A program made the translations under genes and the position numbers. Under the pieces are notes generated by a model that was not told the DNA's origin, did no database searches, and was given only the letters and a program-made list of their open reading frames with translations. DNA of 64,000 bases, taken from positions 1-64,000 of the forward strand of contig JBDRPD010000087.1 of the NCBI GenBank assembly GCA_043827405.1, in the 5' to 3' direction. This document shows, in pieces, positions 11,031 through 20,325 of this stretch (position 1 is its first letter; each line of letters begins with the position of its first letter). The DNA is from Elusimicrobiota bacterium (GTDB lineage: Bacteria; Elusimicrobiota; Elusimicrobia; UBA1565).

Positions 11031-12311
11031 ATGAAATCAATCACCCTTTCTCTATGCACCTTATGCGCACTGCTGCTGTCTTCCGGCGGCGCATCGGCCG
11101 CGCTGACGCGCATCGGCGCGGCGGGCGGCGTCTCCGGCCAGGTCCTGGCTCTCGCCCCGCAGGCAACCGACGCCCGCGTTATGAAGAGCGGCAAAGTGGT
11201 CTACTCCAAAGACCGGGTTACCACCGACGCCCGCGGCCGCATGCAGGTGATGCTTCTCGACCAGACCGTCTTCACCCTGGGACCGAACACCGAGATCGTG
11301 CTCGACGATTTCGTCTACGATCCGGTCAACACCTCCGCCAATAAGGTCAGCGCGCGCGTCTCCAAGGGCGTATTCCGCTTCGTGACCGGCAAGATCGCGC
11401 GCCAGAAGCCCTCCAGCATGAAGGTCAAGCTGCCGGTCGGCACCATCGGCATCCGCGGCACCATAGCCGCCGGCCGCACCGACGGCAAGACCGCGACTGT
11501 GGCCCTGCTGGGCCCGGGCGGCCAAAACAACGCCGGCGAGAAGGCCGGCGCGATCTCGGTTTCCAACGCCGGGGTAACGGTCGAGATCACGCGCCCCGGC
11601 TACGGCACGGATATCGGCGGCCCCGGCATCCCGCCGACCCCGCCCTTCAAGCTCTCGAATGAACAGCTGAGCAGTCTCGACGTGGCGCCCAAGGCCGAGG
11701 CGGGCGGCGGCGAAGGCGATGAGCCGGCCGCCGGCGGCAAGAGCGCGACGGAAGAGTCCGGGCAGGATACCGCCGCCGCGCAGGGCGATTTGACGGAAAC
11801 CGGCAGCACCGGTGAACTGGCGAGCAGCGTCAGCGATGTCAGCAACGAAGCGGCGCAGGAAGCGGCCCAAACCTCCGCCTCCGACGGCGACGCCCAGTGG
11901 ACGGATATCCGAACCATCCCCACCGGCTCGGGCTACTTCAGCGGGAGCGGGAATTACACCTGCACCGGGGGCAGCGGCTGCTCCAGCGGCGGCAGCGGCT
12001 CGTTCTCCTCCTACGTCGACGTCAGCTTCACCAACAACACCATCACCAATGTCAGCTTTTCGCTCAGCGGCACCATAACCGCTTCCACCAGTCTGTCCGG
12101 CGGCCCCATACCCTTCGGCAGCAGCGGCGTCGCAACCCAGACCTTCAACGGGAGCCAGGTCGGAGACTTCGCCAACACCTCGGTCACCTTCCTGAACTCC
12201 GGGGGATCGGTGGGCAATCAGATGCGCTTTGATATGCAGTACAGCGGCGTCGCAGGAACCCTGGACTCCGGCGCGACGGCCGTCGGAAACTATACCGCCA
12301 GCGGCGGCTGA
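11031..12311 (+). CDS. Secreted FecR-domain protein with Ser/Gly/Thr-rich beta C-terminal domain
   Basis: Signal peptide; DRVTT..GRMQVMLLDQTVFTLGPNT, GVFRFVTG, GTIGIRGT FecR-type motifs; acidic linker; beta-rich tail. Confidence 0.8.
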   Translation: MKSITLSLCTLCALLLSSGGASAALTRIGAAGGVSGQVLALAPQATDARVMKSGKVVYSKDRVTTDARGRMQVMLLDQTVFTLGPNTEIVLDDFVYDPVNTSANKVSARVSKGVFRFVTGKIARQKPSSMKVKLPVGTIGIRGTIAAGRTDGKTATVALLGPGGQNNAGEKAGAISVSNAGVTVEITRPGYGTDIGGPGIPPTPPFKLSNEQLSSLDVAPKAEAGGGEGDEPAAGGKSATEESGQDTAAAQGDLTETGSTGELASSVSDVSNEAAQEAAQTSASDGDAQWTDIRTIPTGSGYFSGSGNYTCTGGSGCSSGGSGSFSSYVDVSFTNNTITNVSFSLSGTITASTSLSGGPIPFGSSGVATQTFNGSQVGDFANTSVTFLNSGGSVGNQMRFDMQYSGVAGTLDSGATAVGNYTASGG

Positions 12312-12349
12312 TCGCCTGTGGAATTCATTCATTTTGCTAGAATAAATGG

Positions 12350-12715
12350 ATGAATTCCGCCGGCCAACGCGACGAACGCCCTTGGGGGAGCTGGGAAATC
12401 CTGCTGGAAGAGCCGACGTATAAGGTAAAGCGCATCATCGTCAAGCCCGCCGCGAGGCTCAGCTACCAGCGGCACAGCAAGCGGCAGGAACATTGGGCGG
12501 TGGTGCAGGGGAAGGCCGTGGCGACGCTCGACGGGAAAGACATCCCGCTCGCGGCCGGAGAGCATATCGACATACCCCAGGGCGCCGCGCACCGCATAGC
12601 GAATCCCGGCGCGCAGCAAATGGTTTTTATTGAAGTCCAGCTGGGCTCTTATTTCGGAGAGGACGACATCGAGCGCCTCGAAGACGATTACGGAAGGGAG
12701 GGAACGACCGCATGA
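12350..12715 (+). CDS. Mannose-6-phosphate isomerase type II C-terminal cupin domain protein
   Basis: ERPWG, LSYQRH..RQEHW, HRIANPG, IEVQLGSYFGEDDIERLEDDYGR. Confidence 0.88.
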   Translation: MNSAGQRDERPWGSWEILLEEPTYKVKRIIVKPAARLSYQRHSKRQEHWAVVQGKAVATLDGKDIPLAAGEHIDIPQGAAHRIANPGAQQMVFIEVQLGSYFGEDDIERLEDDYGREGTTA

Positions 12716-13788
12716 CCGGCGATTGGGAAGCGTTTTACCGCAAGGATGTCTCCGAGAAACTCGACTGCTTCACGCGCAACGGCCGCCTCTTCGACTGCCT
12801 GTTCTCCCAGCAGTTCGACCGGGGCCTGCTCGACCGTCTCATCCTCCTGGCCGACCACATGCGGCGGATCACAAAAGTCCGCGCCGGCGACGACTTCCTC
12901 CGCCTCCTGCTCGCCAACCGCCGGGCCATGCTCTACTTCTCCCAGCCTTCGACCCGGACCTTCCTGTCCTTCATGAGCGCCTGCCACATCCTCGGCATCC
13001 GCGTGCTTGAAATCCGCGACCTCAAGACGTCTTCCCAGGTTAAAGGCGAGTCGGTCGAAGACACCATTCGGACTTTCTCCAGCTACGTCGACCTCATCAT
13101 CATGCGCCACCACGAGCCGGGCCTGGTCGAAAAAGCGTCCTGGACCCTCAACGACCATCCCCGCCCGGTCCCCGTCATCAACGCCGGCTCGGGCGCGGAC
13201 CAGCATCCGACCCAGGCGCTCCTCGATATTTACTCGCTCAACCGCTACCTGCCGGGAGGTCTCGACGGCAAGCACGTCGTGATGTGCGGCGACCTGCGGC
13301 GTGGACGCACAGTGCGCTCGCTCTCCTATCTCCTGAAGAACTACCGCGGCGTCCGCATCACCTACGTCGCCCCGGAGTCCTTCCGCATGGAAAGCGACAT
13401 CCTGGACTTTCTCAAGCGCCACCATATCCCGTTCACTGAAACCGAAGACCTGGAGTCGACCTACCCGGATGCGGACGCCATCTACATGACCCGCATCCAG
13501 GACGAGCACGACAAGAACGGCGAATCGCGCGGCGTAGACTACAGCCCCTTCCACTTCCGCCCCGAACACCTGAAAAAAATCGGGCCCGACACCATCCTGC
13601 TGCACCCGCTGCCGCGCCGCGAGGAAATCTCTCCCGAGGTCGACCGCGATCCGCGCGCCGTCTATTGGCGGCAGGAGCGCAACGGCATGTGGATCCGCGC
13701 CTCGCTGATCGCCCTGGTTTTCGGGCTGGAAGACAAAATTCTGAACTTCTCCGCCCCCGCCGAGACGGCGGCCGCAGGAGCCCGATGA
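12712..13788 (+). CDS. pyrB: Aspartate carbamoyltransferase catalytic subunit
   Basis: PSTRT, KGESVEDT, NAGSG..QHPTQALLD, GDL..GRTVRSL, YMTRIQ, HPLPR. Confidence 0.92.
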   Translation: MTGDWEAFYRKDVSEKLDCFTRNGRLFDCLFSQQFDRGLLDRLILLADHMRRITKVRAGDDFLRLLLANRRAMLYFSQPSTRTFLSFMSACHILGIRVLEIRDLKTSSQVKGESVEDTIRTFSSYVDLIIMRHHEPGLVEKASWTLNDHPRPVPVINAGSGADQHPTQALLDIYSLNRYLPGGLDGKHVVMCGDLRRGRTVRSLSYLLKNYRGVRITYVAPESFRMESDILDFLKRHHIPFTETEDLESTYPDADAIYMTRIQDEHDKNGESRGVDYSPFHFRPEHLKKIGPDTILLHPLPRREEISPEVDRDPRAVYWRQERNGMWIRASLIALVFGLEDKILNFSAPAETAAAGAR

Positions 13789-14867
13789 GATCAGAGCGCC
13801 CGCTCGCCGCCGCCGCCCTAGCGGTCCTGCTCCTCATGGGAACGGCGAAGCCGGCGCTCACGGTCCGCCCGATCAAGATACCGGCGCCCGAGTTTCCGCC
13901 GGGCCTGGCATGGATCAACTCGGTCGCCTTCAACCTCGAACGCCTGCGGGGAAACCGCGTGGTCATGGTCACGTTCATCAACACGATGACCGCGGCCTCC
14001 GTCCGCACCTTTCCGCACCTCAACCGCCTGTGGGACCGCTACAACCAAAAAGGGCTGATGATCATCGGCGTGCATACGCCCGATTATGATTTCGACCGGG
14101 ACCCGCTCTCGATCAAGGACGTCATCGAGCGCAACAAGATACGCTTCCCCGTCGTCATCGACGGCAGCCGTCAAATATGGAAATCCTACCGTAATGAAGG
14201 CTGGCCCGCGCACTACCTGATCGACCATAAAGGCCGGATCATTCACGACCGCCTCGGCGAAGGCGGCTTCGCGGAGTTCGAGGATGAGATTCTGCAGGCG
14301 CTGCGCAAGCTCCGCCGCTACCGCCCGGCCAAGAACTACGTCATCCCGCCGGATCCGGTCCGCAAGGGCTGCGGCAAGGCGACCGCCGGTTTCTATCTCG
14401 GGTCGCGCCGCGGCAGCGAACTCAAGAAGATCCGCGCCGACCGAAGCCGCGCCCTGGTGGATGTACGCGACGGCGAGATCGCGGCGGCCGGCCGCTGGTC
14501 GACGGAGCTCGATGCCGTCCGCTCGAAGGAGGACGCCGAGACCCCGACCGACGACCTGCGCCTGCGCCTGATCTACCACGGGACGGAGTGCTTGACGGTG
14601 CTGACGCGGACCAGCCGCGAACCGGCGCGCGTCTACCTTAAACAGAACAACCTCTGGCTGCATTCCGGGAACGGCGGCAAGGATGTCGTGTGGGACGACG
14701 ACGACCGCAGCTACATCCTGGTCGACAAACCGCGCCTCTACAATATAACCCGCAACAAGAAGGAAGAGCTCTTCGAGCTGAGCTTCTATCCCGCCCGGGC
14801 CGGAGTGGGCTTCGCCAGCTTCGAGTTCTCGGACCAATGCCAGACCGAGGCCGCCAAGCCCCGATGA
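13785..14867 (+). CDS. Exported thioredoxin-like (redoxin/DipZ C-terminal-like) protein lacking CxxC
   Basis: Signal peptide; APEF..WINS, IIGVHTP, WPAHYLID..GRI..GEG; ATGA overlap with pyrB. Confidence 0.75.
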   Translation: MRSERPLAAAALAVLLLMGTAKPALTVRPIKIPAPEFPPGLAWINSVAFNLERLRGNRVVMVTFINTMTAASVRTFPHLNRLWDRYNQKGLMIIGVHTPDYDFDRDPLSIKDVIERNKIRFPVVIDGSRQIWKSYRNEGWPAHYLIDHKGRIIHDRLGEGGFAEFEDEILQALRKLRRYRPAKNYVIPPDPVRKGCGKATAGFYLGSRRGSELKKIRADRSRALVDVRDGEIAAAGRWSTELDAVRSKEDAETPTDDLRLRLIYHGTECLTVLTRTSREPARVYLKQNNLWLHSGNGGKDVVWDDDDRSYILVDKPRLYNITRNKKEELFELSFYPARAGVGFASFEFSDQCQTEAAKPR

Positions 14868-15979
14868 CCGAGCCCCCCCGCCTGCCTCCGGCGTTCGACC
14901 GCCAGCGCCTGATCCAGTACTTTTTCTTTGCGGTCTTCCTGCTCCTGCTGTGGCAGGTGGTACGCATCCTGATGCCGTTCTATCTGGCGCTGCTGGGCGC
15001 GGCGCTGCTGGCGCTGCTTACCTATCCGCTGCACGCCTGGGTGGCCCGCCGCCTATGGCGCTCCCCAAGCATCGCGGCCGGCATCAGCACCACCGGCATT
15101 TTCACCATCGTCGTCATCCCCGTACTGCTGTTCGGCTGGATATCCATCAAGGAAACCTCGAAGATCTACCCCGTGGTGCGGGACTGGGTCCAGGAGGCGG
15201 ACTTCTCCACCCCCCGGCCCGTCTACGACTACCTCCCGCCGCAGCTGGCCGCGATGGGACGCCGCGCCGCGGATTTCGCCAGGCGCTGGAACATCGACCC
15301 CAAAAAGATATTCCTTGATAATCTCGACCAGCTCAGCAGCGGCATGACGGGACTCGCCAAAGCGCTCATTAAAAATACCCTGTTTCTTCTCTTCAACATC
15401 TTAATCCTGACCTTTACCTTGTTCTTCTTCCTGCGCGACGGGCCCTTCATCATCCGGCGCGCGGTGGAACTGGTGCCCATGGCGCCGCGCAACAAGCACG
15501 CGATCGTCCACCGGATTCAGATCACTCTGTCCGCGGTAATCCGCGGCGTATTCGTAGTAGCGGTGGTAGAGGGGATTCTGGCCAGCCTGGGTTTCGCCCT
15601 GCTCGGCGTTCCGTTTCCGGTCTTTCTCGGCCTCCTGACCTCCTTTCTCGCCCCGATACCCTTCTTCGGCCCCGCGAGCATCTGGATCCCCGTATCCGCG
15701 GGGCTGTTTATCAGCGGTGCGTACACCTCCGCGATCTACGTCTTCTTGTGGGGTTTATGCGTGGTGAGCGTCATCGACAATTTCCTTCGACCGCTGCTGG
15801 TCAGCGCGGACGCCAAGCTCCCCATCCTGCTCCTGTTTTTCGGAATGATCGGAGGCTTGAAGGTCTACGGCGTCACCGGCGTTGTGCTCGGTCCGCTCAC
15901 GATCGCGCTGCTGCTGGCCTTCATCAATATCTACCGGCGCGAATACCGCTGGCTCATACATCCCACCAAGCAAGGTTGA
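14864..15979 (+). CDS. AI-2E family transporter
   Basis: Multi-TM; FFFLRDG, IPFFGP..IWIP, IDNFLRP, GGL..YG..GVVLGP. Confidence 0.9.
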   Translation: MTEPPRLPPAFDRQRLIQYFFFAVFLLLLWQVVRILMPFYLALLGAALLALLTYPLHAWVARRLWRSPSIAAGISTTGIFTIVVIPVLLFGWISIKETSKIYPVVRDWVQEADFSTPRPVYDYLPPQLAAMGRRAADFARRWNIDPKKIFLDNLDQLSSGMTGLAKALIKNTLFLLFNILILTFTLFFFLRDGPFIIRRAVELVPMAPRNKHAIVHRIQITLSAVIRGVFVVAVVEGILASLGFALLGVPFPVFLGLLTSFLAPIPFFGPASIWIPVSAGLFISGAYTSAIYVFLWGLCVVSVIDNFLRPLLVSADAKLPILLLFFGMIGGLKVYGVTGVVLGPLTIALLLAFINIYRREYRWLIHPTKQG

Positions 15980-15980
15980 C

Positions 15981-17210
15981 ATGAAATTTAACGAACTATC
16001 GATACATCCCGATCTCCTCAAAGCGGTCACCGCGATGGGCTTCGAGAAGCCCACGCCGATCCAGCAGCAGGCGATTCCTCCCGCGCTCGAAGGACAAGAC
16101 ATCGTCGGCTCAGCGCAGACCGGCAGCGGCAAAACCGTCGCCTTTGCTCTCCCGCTGCTCAACCGGCTGCTGACCAAAGAAGCCCGGAACAAGAAAACGG
16201 TCCGCGCCGTAATTCTGGTGCCGGTGCGCGAGCTGGCCGCGCAGGTAGAGGCCGTGCTGGCCGAGTGCGGGCAGTTCACCAAGCTGAAGACGACTTTAAT
16301 CATGGGCGGCGCTTCCTGGCCGCAGCAGGTGAAGGCGCTCAATGACGGCATCGATATCGTGGTCGCCACCCCCGGCCGCCTGCTCGATCACCTGCAGAAC
16401 AACCGCGGGTTTCACCTGCGCGACTGCGAATTCCTCATTCTCGACGAAGGCGACCGGATGCTGGACATGGGGTTTCTCCCCGACATCCAGCGCATCCTGC
16501 AGCAGCTCTCCGCCGACCGGCAGACGCTGGTTTTTTCGGCCACTATCCCGCCGGAGATCGCAGCCATCGTCAAAAAGTTTCAAAAAAACCCGACCCGCAT
16601 CAAAATCGACCCCACCCACGCGCCCGCGGAAGGGGTCCGGCAGCGGATCTTCCCCATCACCGAAAGCCAAAAATGCGACCTTCTGGTCGCCCTGATCGAG
16701 CACTTTAAAATAAAGGCGGCGCTGGTGTTTACGGCGACCAAGCGCCGGGCGGATATCGTGCAGAACATTCTGCAGAAAAAGGGCTACGCCGCCGCCGCCC
16801 TGCATTCCGACCTGGCGCAGAACCTGCGCACCAAGACCCTGCAGGCCTTTCGCGACAAGAAAACGCGCATCCTTGTGGCGACCGATATCGCGGCCCGCGG
16901 ATTCGACATCCGCCACGTCAGCCATGTCATCAACTACGACGTGCCGACCTTCAACGAAGACTACCTGCACCGCATCGGGCGGACCGCGCGGGTATTCACC
17001 GTCGGCGACGCCTTCACCCTCATGAACCCGCAGGAAAAAGGCGAGGTCGAGTCGATCGAGCGCTTTCTAAAGATGACTATCGAGCGCTGCGCGCTCGAGG
17101 GCTTCGACTACGACGTGCCCCCGAACCTCAAAGCGTACAAGGCGCCGTACCAGACCCGCTTCCGCATGCCGAAACGGAGCTTCAAGAAAGGGCGGAGCCG
17201 CCCGTTCTAG
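15981..17210 (+). CDS. DEAD/DEAH-box RNA helicase (RhlE-like)
   Basis: Q motif GFEKPTPIQ, AQTGSGKT, TPGRLLD, DEGD, SAT, HRIGRTAR. Confidence 0.92.
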   Translation: MKFNELSIHPDLLKAVTAMGFEKPTPIQQQAIPPALEGQDIVGSAQTGSGKTVAFALPLLNRLLTKEARNKKTVRAVILVPVRELAAQVEAVLAECGQFTKLKTTLIMGGASWPQQVKALNDGIDIVVATPGRLLDHLQNNRGFHLRDCEFLILDEGDRMLDMGFLPDIQRILQQLSADRQTLVFSATIPPEIAAIVKKFQKNPTRIKIDPTHAPAEGVRQRIFPITESQKCDLLVALIEHFKIKAALVFTATKRRADIVQNILQKKGYAAAALHSDLAQNLRTKTLQAFRDKKTRILVATDIAARGFDIRHVSHVINYDVPTFNEDYLHRIGRTARVFTVGDAFTLMNPQEKGEVESIERFLKMTIERCALEGFDYDVPPNLKAYKAPYQTRFRMPKRSFKKGRSRPF

Positions 17211-17833
17211 TGGGCGGCGCCCCGCTTCTGGCCGCCGCTTTGCTGCTGACGGCCTGCGTCCGCTCCGCTCCTCCGGACCCCGCTTCCGGCGAGCGCTTTA
17301 TCGATATCAGCGAACTGGACCCGAGCATCGCCGTCGACATCCGCTACGCCACCGCCGACAACTTCACGCGGACGGTCCTCTATCCCGTCAACCGCTGCGC
17401 GCTGCGCCGCCGCGCGGCGCAAGCGCTGGTGCAGGTGCAAAAGGAACTGCGCAGCGGCGGGCTGGGGCTGAAGGTATGGGACTGCTACCGGCCGCTATCG
17501 ATCCAGAACAAGCTGTGGGAGCTGGTGCCGGATCCGCGCTACGTGGCCGATCCCAAGCGGGGCTCGCGGCACAACCGCGGCGCGGCCGTCGACGCGACGC
17601 TCGTCGACCGGTCCGGCCGCGAGCTGGAGATGCCGACGGGCTATGACGATTTCAGCGAGCGAGCGCACCGGGACTACGCGGCGGCCGCGCCCGCCGCGCG
17701 CAAGAACAGCGAACAGCTTGCACGGGTTATGGAGAAGCACGGCTTCACCGGGCTGCGGACCGAATGGTGGCACTTCGACTTCGCCGGCTGGCGGGAGTAC
17801 GACGTGGAGGACCGCCCGCTGGAAGCGCTATGA
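17210..17833 (+). CDS. ddpX: D-Ala-D-Ala dipeptidase (M15D, VanX/DdpX family), probable lipoprotein
   Basis: DIRYAT.DNF, DCYRP, SRHNRGAAVD, EWWHF; lipobox-like LLTAC. Confidence 0.85.
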   Translation: MGGAPLLAAALLLTACVRSAPPDPASGERFIDISELDPSIAVDIRYATADNFTRTVLYPVNRCALRRRAAQALVQVQKELRSGGLGLKVWDCYRPLSIQNKLWELVPDPRYVADPKRGSRHNRGAAVDATLVDRSGRELEMPTGYDDFSERAHRDYAAAAPAARKNSEQLARVMEKHGFTGLRTEWWHFDFAGWREYDVEDRPLEAL

Positions 17834-18897
17834 CCGGCGACCGCATAACGCGTCTGACCGCGCGGCTCCTGAACGCGCCGCTGCGCGAATCCTTCGAGAT
17901 CGCCACCGGCGGCCAGGCGCGGGCCGCCAACGTGCTCGTCGAATTGCGGCTCGCCGACGGGACCCGGGGCTACGGCGAATGCGCGCCCTTCCCCGACTTC
18001 AACGGCGAGACCCAGACGCGGACCCTGCGCGCCGTCCGCGCCCAGGCGGGGCTGCTCACCGGCCGGCGTGCCGCGTCCGCCGGAGCGCTCGCTAAAGAAC
18101 TGGCCGAGCGTCTGCCCCGCTGCGGCGCCGCCCGTGCGGGCCTGGAGATGGCTCTGCTCGACGCCTGGTCCCGCTGCCGGCACTTCCCCCTGCGGGTCTT
18201 TTTCGGCGGCGCCGAAACACGGCTCGCCACCGACATCACCATTCCGATCACCCCCAGCGAACACGCCCGGCGCAGCGCCCGGCGCCACGCCCGCTGCGGC
18301 ATCAACACGCTCAAGATCAAGATCGGCCGCGACGCGGACGAAGACCTGGAACGAATCGCGGCGGTGCGCGACGGCCACCCGCGGGCCCGCCTGCTCCTGG
18401 ACGCCAACGGCGGCTATGACGCCGACGGCGCCCTGCGCCTGCTGCGCCGCCTCTCCCGCCTCGGCATACGCCCGGCGCTGTTCGAGCAGCCGGTACCGCG
18501 GGAGGACCTGGCCGGCCTGCGGATCGTCTCCCGCCGCATACCGGTGGCGGCCGACGAAAGCGCCTCCTCGCTGCGCGACGTGCTGCGGCTGGCGCGCCGC
18601 AAGGCAGTCCAGGTCGTCAACATCAAGCCCATGAAATGCGGGCTGTTTGAAAGCCTGGATATCGCGCGCACCGCGCGCGCGGCGGGCATGAAGCTGATGA
18701 TCGGCGGCCTCGTGGAATCGCGGCTGGCGATGACCTGCTCCGCGCATTTCGCGGCCGGGCTCGGCGGCTTCAGTTTTGTGGACCTGGACACGCCCCTGTT
18801 CTTCACCCGCGACCCCATGCGCGGCGTACCCATACGCCGCGGCGGCGTCTACGACCTGAGCCGCGTACGGGCCGGCATCGGCGTCGTCCCCAAATAA
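17830..18897 (+). CDS. Dipeptide epimerase (L-Ala-D/L-Glu epimerase, enolase superfamily)
   Basis: GYGECAP, KIKIG, DANGGY, EQP, ADES, NIKPMKCG, DLD. Confidence 0.88.
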   Translation: MTGDRITRLTARLLNAPLRESFEIATGGQARAANVLVELRLADGTRGYGECAPFPDFNGETQTRTLRAVRAQAGLLTGRRAASAGALAKELAERLPRCGAARAGLEMALLDAWSRCRHFPLRVFFGGAETRLATDITIPITPSEHARRSARRHARCGINTLKIKIGRDADEDLERIAAVRDGHPRARLLLDANGGYDADGALRLLRRLSRLGIRPALFEQPVPREDLAGLRIVSRRIPVAADESASSLRDVLRLARRKAVQVVNIKPMKCGLFESLDIARTARAAGMKLMIGGLVESRLAMTCSAHFAAGLGGFSFVDLDTPLFFTRDPMRGVPIRRGGVYDLSRVRAGIGVVPK

Positions 18898-18914
18898 AAA
18901 TAATAAGATACCCC

Positions 18915-19907
18915 ATGAGAAAAACGCTATTGTGCTCCGCCGTCCTGCTCGCTTTGCCGCTGGCGCTCTGCGCCCGAGCCTCCGCCGCCGTCGACCGCGG
19001 CAAGATCATCGAGCATGTCCGCCGAAAGTTCAGCACGCCGAACAGCTACACCCTCAAGATCGGCGACCTGAAGCCGGCGGCGCTTGCCGGCTACCTTAAG
19101 GGCAGCATAACCATTGAGGCCAAGGGCTCCAAATCAGTGCGCGACATCCACATATCCGAGGACGGCCGCTACTACTTCCTGGCGCCGCTCTTCGATGTCC
19201 GGCCCTCCGGCTTTCCCGGCCTGCAGATCGTTACGGCGGCCAAAGACCAGCCCGCGCCGCCGCCGATATACCTGTCCCCGGACGGCAAGCACCTCTTCCT
19301 GGGAAACGGCACCGGGGCGCCGCAGGACAGCCTGATCGAGCCGGACGAAGCGAACCGCGACAAGATCAGCCTCAAGGGCGTCCATGCCGCGGGACCGGCG
19401 AACGCTCCGGTCACCCTGGTCGAATACTCCGACATGCAATGCCCCTACTGCAAAATGGCGCATGATCTGCTCGACGAAAAACTAAAGCAGGCCTATGGCG
19501 ACAAGGTCCGCCGGATCTTCAAGCACTACCCTCTGCGCAATATCCATCCCTGGGCCCATGACGCCGCCGTCGCCGTTTCCTGTGCCGGCATGCAGAGCGG
19601 CGATGGCTATCACGCACTCATTAGCGGCTTCTTTCGCGAGCAGAAACAGATCACGCCGCAAAACCTGCGGGGAAAGGCTCTCGGCTTTGCCGCCGAGGCC
19701 AAGCTGAAGATCGAGCCGTACACGCTCTGCCTCGACAAGAAAGAATCCGCGAAGCTCGTCGAAGCCGATATCGCGGAGGGCGACAGGCTGCAGGTTGAGT
19801 CCACTCCCTCGATATTCATTAACGGCCGCAAACTCCTCAACGCCTTGGACTTCCAGGCCATCAGCGAAATTATCGACGAGAAGCTGGCGGAGCGCAAAGC
19901 CCCGTAA
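18915..19907 (+). CDS. DsbA/DsbC-like exported thiol-disulfide oxidoreductase
   Basis: Signal peptide; APVTLVEYSDMQCPYC, KHYPL, STPSIFING. Confidence 0.85.
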   Translation: MRKTLLCSAVLLALPLALCARASAAVDRGKIIEHVRRKFSTPNSYTLKIGDLKPAALAGYLKGSITIEAKGSKSVRDIHISEDGRYYFLAPLFDVRPSGFPGLQIVTAAKDQPAPPPIYLSPDGKHLFLGNGTGAPQDSLIEPDEANRDKISLKGVHAAGPANAPVTLVEYSDMQCPYCKMAHDLLDEKLKQAYGDKVRRIFKHYPLRNIHPWAHDAAVAVSCAGMQSGDGYHALISGFFREQKQITPQNLRGKALGFAAEAKLKIEPYTLCLDKKESAKLVEADIAEGDRLQVESTPSIFINGRKLLNALDFQAISEIIDEKLAERKAP

Positions 19908-19927
19908 AATCCGCCGGCGCCGGCGGG

Positions 19928-20173
19928 CTAGCCGGAACGCGTCAGGCGATCGTTAATGCGGCGCCGCAGCAGCACGAGCTTCTCGGGATCTACCGACCGC
20001 TCCGCTTGGGCGCACACGGCTTGAGATATCCGCTCCAGCTGGCGGCTATAGCGTGCGCAACTGCCGCACATCATCAGGTGCATGCGCACGATGAGCTTGG
20101 TTATCCAGGAAGCATTATCGAACTCTCCGTTCGTCGACCGCCTGGCCAGCTCACGGCAGTTTGTCAGAATCAT
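19928..20173 (-). CDS. Small zf-HC2 (anti-sigma zinc-finger-like) protein
   Basis: N-terminal C, HLMMCGSC (HxxxCxxC) followed by Y..QL. Confidence 0.65.
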   Translation of the reverse strand: MILTNCRELARRSTNGEFDNASWITKLIVRMHLMMCGSCARYSRQLERISQAVCAQAERSVDPEKLVLLRRRINDRLTRSG

Positions 20174-20325
20174 CTAAGAAGTAAGTGCCGCCGCCCTCCG
20201 GGATATTACACCAAGCCCGGGAAAACGCCGCAGCCCCTGTAATGTTTTCCCGCGCGTCGGCACTTACGGATAGCCCCGCCCGGCCGGAAATTTGCGAGAA
20301 TCCTGGAACAGCCGGAAACCCAAAC

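Noticed and set aside
17210..17833. VanX-like gene as vancomycin resistance
   Set aside because: No vanH/vanA/vanRS nearby; the adjacent dipeptide epimerase points to peptidoglycan recycling
19911..19926. 16-bp GC palindrome between convergent genes
   Set aside because: Likely an ordinary terminator-like hairpin; such palindromes are common at this GC content
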